Assembly: GCA_013265495.1 (NCBI GenBank)
Contig: MU058153.1
Location: 1,862,001-1,926,000, forward strand
Origin: Vicugna vicugna
Lineage: Eukaryota
DNA: 64,000 nt
Direction of reading: 5' to 3'
Below are positions 13,217 through 23,770 of the stretch, one piece after another. The translations under genes were made by a program, and so were the position numbers. The notes below the pieces were generated by a model. It saw nothing but the letters and a program-made list of their open reading frames with translations, was not told where the DNA came from and did not search any database. Position 1 is the first letter of the stretch. Every line of letters starts with the position of its first letter.

Positions 13217-14776
13217 CTCTGGACTATTTTAAACTTCTTAGATAAATCTAGTCCAAACCAATAGCAAGAGCTTCAATATTACAGCTAGACACAGTCAAAG
13301 GCCAATTAGTTGAACTTTACTATATTCCAAAGATTCTTGTCAGCCATTTCTTGCATCTGTGCTCTCAGCCTGAGTAAAGGGACCTATTAGAACCACCTAC
13401 GCAAGCAAATGACATCGGCCACTGTTATCAGAGCACTTTCTTTTTTTTCTTTTTCTTTTTAGGGGCTCTTGATGGAAGAGACAGCTCTGTTATTCGGCTT
13501 TAAGTTTGAACAACAGAGACATCCTTCCCTGCTGCTGCCAGTCAGGTACCCTTCATTAGATCCTTATCTAATTAGCATTCTTTTAAAAATTAAAGTTATT
13601 ATGTATTCAGTGACCTTTCACTCTTCACACTCTTCACTGTTCCGAAAGTTAGCTTCCAACATATTGTTTATAAATTGACCATATGTTGGAGTCATTAGGG
13701 AAAGATCTTCCATTCGGCAAAGCCTTGGTAGGAAAGAAGTACGTATATTTTCGCATTTAAAGTGGTCTGATTTAAGAGACTAATTAGCAATGCCATTTTT
13801 GTGCATAGGAATTAGCATATCTGTTAATTTAATAACTGGCTTGAATAGCAATGCACTCCCCTCCCACCGTGTGAGGCATATCTCTGAAGTGTTGTTCTGA
13901 AATTTCAGGTTCATCTCTGATAGGCAGGCAGACAGACTTAATCTTTCAGGCTTCACATGGCTGAAAATCTAGAATCTGGCTGTTTAAATGTATGAATTGG
14001 CCAAAGGTGCTGGTTAATTTTGAGGGTAAATTTTAGCTGCTTATAATTATTTGTACCCGTTTGATTAGGTGAAATAAATATTCTTTTGCCAAGTGCAATC
14101 AAGTTAGGCGGAATGTGTTCATAGGAATGTTCAGTTTCAGAAGTCCCAAGGCACATGAGGTATTCATTCTATATTTAACATTATGATATTTTGGGAGATA
14201 AACCTACGTCTGGCAAAAATTTTTCTCAGGCAATTGTATAGCAATGTATATCACTCAGGGTCCATACAAATGGTGGAAACAAAGGGAATCAAAGAAGTTT
14301 TCATCTGAACAGCAGTTAGGGCAACAGTCACTCAAATCTAAATAAGGGTTTTGTTTGTATATGTAAAAATCTGGACCAGTTCTGCTGAGTGGCCCCGCTT
14401 TCAACAGAAATGTTCTATTTCTGTCATCATTAAAACGAAAATATATTATCCACAGGTGCAGGGATTAGACTCTGATATCAGGAGAAATGTTGGGAATAAG
14501 GCTTTATTGGTATTTTTTTCAGGGATCTCTATATTAATATGTACCTCTGACCTCTTGATTAGTTATTAGTGGTGTGATGAAGGCAGCCAGCTAGTAATGC
14601 TTTAAGAGGATTACCAATTCTCTTGATGAAGGGTTAACAACAAAAACAGGACAATAAAAACACAAGCTAGACCAGTCATCATGAAACCAGGTGGCTGGCA
14701 TGTGCAGGTTGGAATTGTGTTGTGAGGTACATGCTGTAAAATCCATAGGAATATAGAAGGAATTGGGACTGGAAAG

Positions 14777-14902
14777 TTGCCACTGCAGTGCAATCCATGG
14801 CCCAAAGGTAACTGTGCATGAAGACAGATTCTAAGAGTGTAACTTTAAGAGCTTCTTGGGGCAAGAGAAGCAAAAACCAACTTCTTCAGTTGCATTTTAT
14901 GG
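14777..14902 (+). repeat. Copy 1 of a ~120-bp dispersed direct repeat (copy 2 at 16598-16716)
   Basis: 31-bp exact match gggcaagagaagcaaaaaccaacttcttcag at 14859-14889 and 16671-16701, with similar flanks. Confidence 0.9.
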
Positions 14903-15625
14903 CCAGTTACTCAGGCACAACAGTTTCTGTGATGCTAACATTCTGTGATAAAAGCAATTTCTTTACCTTGATGAGCCTAGAGAAATTCTTCACCTTATAT
15001 CCTGAGCATTGTATAGTATTCGATCAAAAAGGCTCTAAGAACTCTTGAGCTCTTGCAGTCAAGTATGAGTTTTCATTCTAGTGGTGGTTACTTCTAGGGG
15101 AAGAAAGGAATGTAGGAACTAAATTTGGTTTCTCCTTCAAGTGGGATGACTTTGCATTTGATCTCTCTACTTGGAAATCCCTTTGAGTAACAGTAAAACT
15201 GTACAAATGGAAACAAAACCTTAAAGATATGAACTGGATGCTGGAACATCAGAATATTGGAAATGCTGGTGCCTCCTGAAGACAACAAGCAGGGGGAATA
15301 TACCGAAGATTAAACAAGTTACTGCTCGCGAGCATCCACAGAACAGTCACGCCAAATGGTCTTTGTCCTATTGTCACTTCTGTAATTACAACAGCAGCAT
15401 TCACCACTAGTTTAAAATTAGCAATATGCTCTAAAGATTGAATGATCCACCTTGATCAGGCAACAGTTTCTAGTATAGATTTTAGCTTCTGAGAATAAAA
15501 CCACTCATATTTTGGTCTACCTGCTCCTCCTTTGCATCTGAAAATTGATACTTACAATGAATACGTTTTAATAAAAGATGTACAAATCAGTGGAGAAACC
15601 TCAGAAAGAAAACCCAGTGGAGTGC

Positions 15626-16160
15626 TGTATTGGGTTTCTCTTACTTCTGCAGCAACTAACCACAAACTTCGTGGCTTAAAATAACACAGGTTTATTATTA
15701 ATCATACGATTCTGGAAGTCAGAAGTCCAAAGGGAGTCTTGATGGTCTAAAATCAAGATGTTAACAGGGCTGCATTTCTCCTGGAGGCTCTAGAGGTGAA
15801 TTTGGTTCCTTGTTTTGTTGCTCTTGGTGGTGGTGTTGTTATTATTATTGTTTTCCTGGCCTCTAGAGGTCACCTGCATTCCTTGCTCTATGATAAGCCC
15901 TTTCCAAATTTAAAGTCATCAATGGCCAGTAGAGTTTTTCTCATAGTGCATCATTCTGACACATTCATCTGCCTCCCTCTTCTACATTTAAGGACACTTG
16001 TAATTCCATTTGACCCACCAGATAATCCAGGACTTCCTTTGTTTGAAACTCAGTTGATTAGCAACCTTAATTCTATTTATCACTTTAATTTCCCTTTGCC
16101 CTGTGATATCACTTATTCAAAGTTCCATGAACATTTTTCAGGAGCCATTAATCTACCTAT
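15626..16160 (-). mobile_element. MaLR solo LTR (MLT1-type)
   Basis: 'tgtattgggtttc...accacaaacttcgtggcttaaa...tctggaagtcagaagtccaa...ctggaggctctag...taaggacacttgtaatt'. Confidence 0.75.
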
Positions 16161-16379
16161 CTCAAAAGGTAAATGTATAAATTAACAAAGTACTTCGTCC
16201 ATAAATGCAAATTAACAGTCAAGATTTTTTTTTTCTGGACAAAAGAGCAAAGATGTCAAGATTAAAATTAACAAATGAAACACTTGATGCCAAAGGAAAC
16301 AGTAATAATTCAGAAAGTACAGTACAGCCTAAAATGTACTGTAATTAAGTTACGTAATTGATGTTCTCAGGAAATATTT

Positions 16380-16790
16380 GAGAAGATATTACAGTCATAA
16401 AACATGAATGGAATGAAAAGAAAAAGGAGCAATCACAAACTGAAAAGGTATCGTTGCTAGTTTAAAATATGACAAACAATGATGGAAGAAGAATTGGAAA
16501 AACACGTTAAGAAATTTCCTAAAACACAAAGTGAACTGATGCAACTATGGAAAATAAGACAACTGATGGGTTAATTCAGGAGAAGCAATTTGTCTAATTG
16601 CCGCAGCAAAGCAATAGGTAACCACGCATACAGAGAGACTGTAAGAATGTATAACTCGATGAGTTTCTCAGGGCAAGAGAAGCAAAAACCAACTTCTTCA
16701 GCCCTGCATTTTATGGACGTTGAAAAGAGAGGTTAGAGAACAGAGAATTTATAGGGGAAGAAGTACAGAATAATACAAGAAAATTCCTGG
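16380..16790 (+). mobile_element. Old L1M/HAL1 ORF1-region fragment, interrupted at ~16598-16716
   Basis: A-rich ORF1-like text '...aattcaggagaagcaatttgtctaat' and 'gaataatacaagaaaattcc'. Confidence 0.5.
16598..16716 (+). repeat. Copy 2 of the ~120-bp dispersed direct repeat
   Basis: Aligns to 14777-14902 (ttgcc...aggtaac...31-bp identity...tgcattttatgg). Confidence 0.9.
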
Positions 16791-16819
16791 TTTTATTCTT
16801 TTCCTCTTCTTGCCTTTAA

Positions 16820-17030
16820 TCTTCCTTTTATTTTTCTTTGCTCTGCAGCATTAACCACCATCTGTGATTTTATGTAGTAATCTGATTACTTGTTAATTTT
16901 CTCTATGACTCAGTTAGAATGTAAGCTCCATGGACAGGTAATTGGCTTATTTTACACCTTAATGTAAAGCTGTCACCTAGAATTATGCTTAATGTATAAT
17001 AGATGCTCAAAAATATGTTACATGAAAGAA
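16820..17030 (+). mobile_element. L2 3' end
   Basis: 'ttagaatgtaagctccatgga...agatgctcaaaaatatgtt'. Confidence 0.65.
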
Positions 17031-17415
17031 GTTTTCAATTTTTGCTTAATAGTAAGTCTGTGTCGGATGAAAAAAGACAACTTCTGTCCCCTTTCTATTT
17101 CTCAATTCTCCCTCTCTCATCCTAGAGAATTTGCAATTCTATTAGCAAGTCAATATTTGGGCATGTCTTTTGGTCTTGAAAATTCCATGCAGCTCTTCTT
17201 AATGTTTAATAGACTCCAGATTTTAAATTAAAGAGAATAGCATGCTTGTCCTGAGTATCAAATGAAAAATTATTTGGACACATGATTTCCATGGGTGCCC
17301 AACCCTCAAGTATATCCTGGAAGGGGAAATCAGGAAGACATCTAATCCTTAGCTCTACATGCAGAGTTTTAATAACTTGAAATTTTCCAAGAGTAGACAC
17401 TTATTTGACAACACT

Positions 17416-17958
17416 GTGGAGTCAAAAAAAAAAAAGTTTCCCTCTAGCCTTTTAAGTTTTTGGCTGGGAAACCCCATGTAATAAAAAAGACAGAGTAACA
17501 AGAGAAAAACAAAGAGAAATTTAATAACATGTATACACCTCTTGTATACATGAGAGAGACCCAGGAAAACCGAGTAACTCCAACATGGTCCAGGTCATCA
17601 CTGTGAATATCATCACCTGGTGAAAATAAAAAAAGGTGACGAGGGATAGGAAAGCCAGTATGGAAGGGTATCAGGAAAAGCACAGTAAACAGGGGTAAAA
17701 TTGTGCAGATTTAGGTTTTGGCCTTCTCTACTGATAAGAGTTTCCAGAGACTTAATCATCTTCTTCTTCCCATGTAGCAAGGAGACACACTTACATATGG
17801 AAATTTCCCTTATAGGTGTAATTTTCTCTTATAAAAGGATAACTTCTACTTGGTTTTCAGAGCTTCTCCTGTGTCTGCCATTTCTTGAAAATAATCAACT
17901 CAAGAAAAACCTTATGCCAAAAAAGCTATCTTGGGGGTGGCAAAATCTGGTCCCTTCA
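17416..17958 (-). mobile_element. ERV1 solo LTR (MER34-like)
   Basis: Reverse complement starts 'tgaagggaccagattttgccacccccaag...ggcataagg...cagacacaggagaagctctgaaaacc' and ends in CA. Confidence 0.75.
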
Positions 17959-18054
17959 ACGCTTGGGAGTGCAACAATAGGAAGAAATTATAAGACTTCC
18001 AGGGCCATTAAAATCTCTGAAATGAACAGAGTCTTGCTTACTGTCTTTTAGTCC

Positions 18055-19248
18055 TGTTAAGCCAAAGCATCCTTAAATGAGTATACCTGGAATGTACACG
18101 ATCCTAAAAACCTACACCACTGACAAATATTTTACCTACAATTTTCTAACTCAAAAATTGGATTAGTAGAGGTCTGGAAATGAGATAGTACAGTTTCTGT
18201 ATTCTCTCCCTTGATGTTAGCCAAGCTTAAATTACAATAAAAATTGCACTTCTCCCCACCCCTGACCTTTGGCTATTCTTTAACAGAAATGTCCAGTTAG
18301 GCTAAAGAAGATAAGAGATATATTACTCTTGTTAATCATGATATATATACTGTAGCCCCCTGACTGTGGGAACAAAGGAATGAGCCTGGGGCTGGAATGG
18401 TAAACAAGTTATAAAAAGCTGCAGACTCAGAGGTGAGAAGGCTGGTTAGCCACTGACGGGTGAGACCCCCAGAGGGGGGCAACCTAAGACAGGCACAGCC
18501 GCCTGAGTCCACGAAGAATGTTGTGAAGCAGCTGTTTCTCATACATTCCGCCCTGATAAGCTGTAAGGCTCGCTGGTGCCAGCACGAACATGATTTACCA
18601 AAACACAAAGGGTCTTCTGACCTTGAGCCAGACACTGCCTGTTAACCATTTCCCTTATCATTCTTCTTTGCTATATAAGACTATGTACCTTAACAAAGCT
18701 TTAGAGTAGCCATCAGCTCTCTCCACATACGGTGTATATGTGTATGTAATATTGCGACACCAACAGGAAATATTCTTTGCTTATTTGTTTGTCTGTCTTT
18801 TTATAATTAGCATAAATGACTCTGAGAAGACACCACTCAGGTATGTCATAATACTAATCTGTGTAAAAATCATGGCATAGTTCTACTAATGGGAATGGAA
18901 TTTACTGTTTGTTTCAGGAACTTTTCAAAAATCCATTTATTTGAACACATTACAACTCGATTTACTCCTGTTAGTGTGAATATCCCCTTCCCAGAACAAT
19001 AGCTGATATTGAAATCCATTTATTCTTCAAGATTCACCTCTAAATCCTGCCTTATTCTGTCCACGAATCCTTAACTCTTAGTCACGAATTTGCCCAATCC
19101 TAATCAATTCCCTACCTAAAACCAGACCCTAAAACCTTCATTGACTCTCCTATCCAAGACAGTACTAAGAATCTGCCAAGGAAGGATTTCAGCTTTGCTT
19201 TATCAACAATTTATTTTTGCAGCTGCCCCATGAAGCCAGCATTTGACA
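18055..19248 (+). mobile_element. Old ERV1 LTR (MER90/MER110-like), interrupted by a younger LTR
   Basis: 3' terminus 'gctttgctttatcaaca...gaagccagcatttgaca'; the 5' boundary is uncertain. Confidence 0.45.
18351..18764 (+). mobile_element. Younger solo LTR-like element, family unassigned
   Basis: GC/CpG-richer block bounded by TG...CA, TATA-like 'ctatataaga' at ~18672, poly(A)-signal-like 'aacaaa' at ~18692. Confidence 0.5.
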
Positions 19249-19569
19249 ATTCAGGAAACACTGCATTATGATTTTAACTACAAATGATAAACAAAAACTG
19301 CCCAATAATTACACTATAAAAGACAAATGTTATTATCATTTAGAATTTCTATTTTACTCATAAAATTAGCTATTTCAGATACATATAAATACAGATTTAT
19401 CACTCTTGGACATATAGAAAAAGGAAAAGGTAAGTGAAGTCAATAGGTTAATGCATTCTTAAATCTCTTTACGCTGATACACTGGAGTTGCAGATACGTA
19501 AGAATATAAATAACGTGCCTCTTAGGTTTGAAGAAAAGTCTCCCTGAAAGTCCTAGTTGCCAGTCTGTC

Positions 19570-19770
19570 TCTTAGTGATAAGACGTGAGTTGTAAAAGTC
19601 CCCGGAAGAGATCCTGTTTTGCTTCAGTCAAACAGACTCATTCACGAGGATAGAGACTTGAGTCTGGGACCGGGAGTTCTTGCCGGAAAAATTCCTGATG
19701 GTGGGGCCCCCGCTCTCCAGTCCTTCACAGAAGAATTGACTCATTGAGTTCTTAGAAATGTGAGGCTTGT
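19570..19770. promoter_or_regulatory. Putative inducible enhancer (ETS, NF-kB-like, AP-1 and STAT motif cluster)
   Basis: CCGGAAG 19602-19608; GGAAAAATTCC 19685-19695; TGACTCA 19737-19743; TTCTTAGAA 19749-19757. Confidence 0.35.
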
Positions 19771-21354
19771 ATGTCCCCTCGTGCTGCCCTTACTCTGTTA
19801 ATTCCTGAGAGCTGGAAGAGGAGCATGTTGTACCCTAACCTCCTTTAATGGTCAGCGACTGAGAGAAGGTGGGAAAAAGGAATAATGAGTAAACGCGCTT
19901 GAATGATTTTTTTCCCATGTAAATCATTATCTTACAGCATGATAAGAAGCAGTTGTGCAGGAATGTTCAGAGGCTAAAGGAAACTACCCTTGGCAGGCGC
20001 ATTTAAAGACACGTGAATCACCAGGTGATGCTTCGTCTTTCTCTCTCACCTCCTTTCCATAAAAATACTCTAAAATAATATCTTATTTTCCTTTATTATC
20101 AGTAAGCACATAAAGAGCTTTGGGAGGTATAGTATCTCATTACTTGAATAAACTCCCAGTCTTAGGATTGTACTGGAGTCAGACTTACATAGTAAATAAA
20201 GACCTCCACTGAGAAATCAGTAACAGCCTATTCAGTACTTCTGACAGGTGTGCCCTGGGGAGATCATCGCACTGCAGATTGGAAATGATCATGAGTTATA
20301 AATACAAAAACGTAAGACTGCGGTTGCCTTTTAAAAAACAAACATGACCCGCAAATAGGCTAAATCTCTTTCTCACAACTGGGTATTTTTTGAACCATGT
20401 ATTTAATGTTTTTTGAGCATTTTGTTTTACAGTAGTTGGGCTTTGACCTTTTGTTAGAACAGGTCTGAGTCCCTAGGCAGAGACTGAATGTGAAAGCTTA
20501 GCATTAAGCCTCTGTCCATCTGTAGTCACCATGACTCCTCGCACAGGAAGAATAAACTGAAACACTGCAGAAGAGAGAGGAGATAAAAACCCATTGCATA
20601 TTCAGCAAAAAGATGATAAGCATCTTCTGACTGGGTCTTGAAAGCACACCAGGTTCCCTTTTTTATATACTGTTGCAACAGACCATATAAAAATGTGGAA
20701 AATTGGAAGCGCTATTTAAAGAACTTTTTTTCCTTCTGTAAGAGATTCCCTTAAAAGTGGGCATATAGTTTTCCTTCCATTGAAGCCCTTTACCAGAAAA
20801 GTCAAGATCTTCATATTGAAAACACATAATTTCTTTGCGAGCACAAACACAATAATATATCTTGTGTAAAGAGACATTTCTGCTGATCCAAAGAAATTAT
20901 TGACCAGGAAACCATAGGAAATGATCAGGTACCTCTTCTTAGAAGTAAGTAATCTGCAGAAAATACATGCTCCAAGAGAAAGTTAATAAATATAAACTCA
21001 TTGGGATGGAGCCAAAAGAGGGTAATTACTGAGTGGAGAATGAAGCAGCAAACACATACTGAAACAAAAGGAAAGAGAATAATGAAGGAAAGAAAAAAAA
21101 AATACCGTTTAAGAAAGACTTAAACAGAATTCAAATGCGTAATGATTTACAGTCAAGGGAGAAGAGCCCTAGGAATCTATAACTGCAGTGGAGTAAGTGC
21201 AGAGTACGGGAACATGGTCTCTAGTCACCGTTAAGAAAGGACAAAAAACGTCATACACCAAGTTAAAGACGACATGAGAGTACAACTTAGTTAATGAACT
21301 AATTGTTTATTGGATGGTTAGAATAGACACGTTTTCGTTCGTTTTGCTTTGTTT

Positions 21355-21840
21355 GATCTGCCAGTACCTCCTGGGAAGCCCCTCCTCTGCCTTCTGAAAT
21401 AAAAGTTTTATCTTATTCTTTAGTCTAGGTTGACTCCACCTCTCTTAAATCCCCCAGATTGATGGAGTCCTGGCCACCTGAAACCCTCTGCATCCCAGGC
21501 TGCATTCAAGGTCTGGTGCATGACTCAAGCCAGGGAAGTCAGAGGTCTCCAAAGGTCTTGACTTGAACTATTCACAGAGACGACTATTTTTTCTCCAAGT
21601 TTCCTAAGGTAGGGGCATATTAGACTATTGGTCAGCATTGCCTAGCTATTTGGAGAGTATATGTATGAGCAATGGAAAAAGAAACAGGGATCTGGTGCCA
21701 TTATTTGTGACATTTTAGTCATGCCTAAGCTAGTCCTACTCACAGAATTCAGTTATGTAAGCAGATCCATTGTTTCTCACTCAACTTGAGAAAAGATGGA
21801 TTCAGTTCTTGTGTTTGCACTGGGAAGTGTCCTGACTTGA
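21355..21840 (+). mobile_element. Ancient ERVL/MaLR LTR (MLT1J-L or LTR16-like)
   Basis: 'tgactcaagccaggg...ttcagttatgtaagc...gtgtcctgact'. Confidence 0.4.
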
Positions 21841-21979
21841 TCAATGACGCTTTGATGATTAATAATAAAATATATTGATGAGAAAACTAGGTCTGCTTTG
21901 CCAAAGGTGATGATTTATAATGAGCATTTTGTTTTCTTCTTCAGGACTTTACACCAGTATTCACATTTTGCTTTGATGT

Positions 21980-23770
21980 CTACCAACTAAAAAATTCTCC
22001 TTTAATCCCATCTCTAAACCCATTTCCAGCCACATCCTCCAGTAGTTTGTTTATACACGTACCCACACACCTTCTCAACCAACTTGTCTACACATAGCTT
22101 CTTGAATTGATAACGTCTTAACCACCTTTTCATCCACTCCAATTTGACTTAATCCTTCCTATTCCACTGAAATCCCCTCATTAATGCAATGAAAGCTATT
22201 ATGTTGACAAACCAACATCAATTTAATAATCAGACCTTCCTCTCACTCAGCCTCTCAGGAATAAGTAAAATAGTCTTTTATATTTGCTTGAGGAGCAAAC
22301 TCTTACATTGAACTTCCTATGTACCAAACATGTTCTAAGAGCTTTAAATGTACTAGTTAATTTAATACTCACAAAACACTCTGAGGCTGGTAAGATTATT
22401 ATCACCTGTTGCAAAAGAAGAAATTGAGAATCACAAAGAGAGTAAGTAACTTTCCCATGACCTTCCATGTAGTTGGTAGAGATTGGATTCGAACCCAGGC
22501 ACTTGGGTTGCAATCTGTCATTTTAATCCCTACTTTCCTTTCACGTACCTTGTACTAACTTTCTAGATATGATGAGAAAACTAGATATACTTTTTTCCCC
22601 AGTTTCCAGCATGAACAAACAACTTTCCGATTTTTTTTAAAAAATCAGATATACCTTCCTTATTCTTTTTTTCTCCTCCCTTTTCGTGGTTGGTCTCTAA
22701 ATTCTGGAATGCTCCAGAGTTCAATTTTAATCACTCTTCTCTATATAATCTCCTCAGTCAATGTCATCCACTTGCATATTTAGAATACTAGCAATTTACT
22801 GCCAACTCCCAAATCTGTATCACCATACCTGAGGTCTCCCAGGGTGCCATAGGCATCTTCTCTTTGAAGTATAACATCATAAATATGATCTCTGTCTTCA
22901 AAGCCACAAACTCCCATTAAAATGAAATACATAAAATAAAGCATGTACCTTCCAAAGGTGTCTTCACCTTTGTAAATGGCACCATCAGCCACAGAGATCA
23001 TTAAGTTAAAGAATTTGGAGTCATCTTTGGCTAGTTTTTCTCATCTTTCACAGGCCATCCATTTATTCCTGATGGTTCTACTTCCAAAACAGATGGACCC
23101 CCTTTTCTTCTCTCTATCTCTAGTCCCACAACACGGCTGGGTAGTACCAGGCTCCCAACCACTCTCCTTGCTTCTGTGCTTGTTTCTTGACAGTGCAATT
23201 CTCCTGATAGCAGCCGTGATTTTAAAAAAGAAAATCAAATATGTCACTCACCACTGCTGGCATAAAGCTCTTCAGCAGCTCCCCTTGAACTTAGATAAAA
23301 CGCCAAGCTCGATACACTCATACACACTCTACCTTCTGCCCGTAGGTGAGACAGGGATGTAGCCCCTGTCTTATTCCTTCTCTTATTCACCTCATTTCAG
23401 CCATATTTATTCCTTTGTTGATTTTCAATATGCCAAATGTGTTCCACATTCAGAGTCTTCCCACTCTCTATTTCCTCCCTGGATAACATTTACTTATTTC
23501 TTAAGTCCCAGCTCAAATGGCACCTTCTCAGAGATGCTTTCTGTGACAGTCTTCATCAGATAAACCTGTTAATTTTCTTCTCAGCATCACCATAGTTTGT
23601 AATCACATTGCTCACTTATTTATGCATTTTTTGTTTATTCTCAGTCTCTTAAACACAAGGATAAATGCTCCATGACGCAGACACCATCTATCTTTTTCAT
23701 AATTTTATCTCCTGGACCCAGAATAATCCCTTCCCTAAAAGTAATTACTTTTTAATAAATAAATGGATAA
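21980..23770 (+). mobile_element. Long L2 LINE fragment with a MIR inserted at ~22290-22530
   Basis: Pyrimidine-rich L2 motifs 'tccaaatctgtatc...taaatggcaccatc...cagctcaaatggcaccttctcagag...aataaataaatggat'. Confidence 0.7.
22290..22530 (-). mobile_element. MIR SINE
   Basis: 'gaaattgagaatcacaaagagagtaagtaactttcccatgacc...ggattcgaacccaggca'. Confidence 0.8.

Noticed and set aside
15796..16185. 129-aa plus-strand ORF
   Set aside because: Within an MLT1 LTR
22976..23362. 128-aa ORF
   Set aside because: Inside degraded L2; no recognisable intact domain
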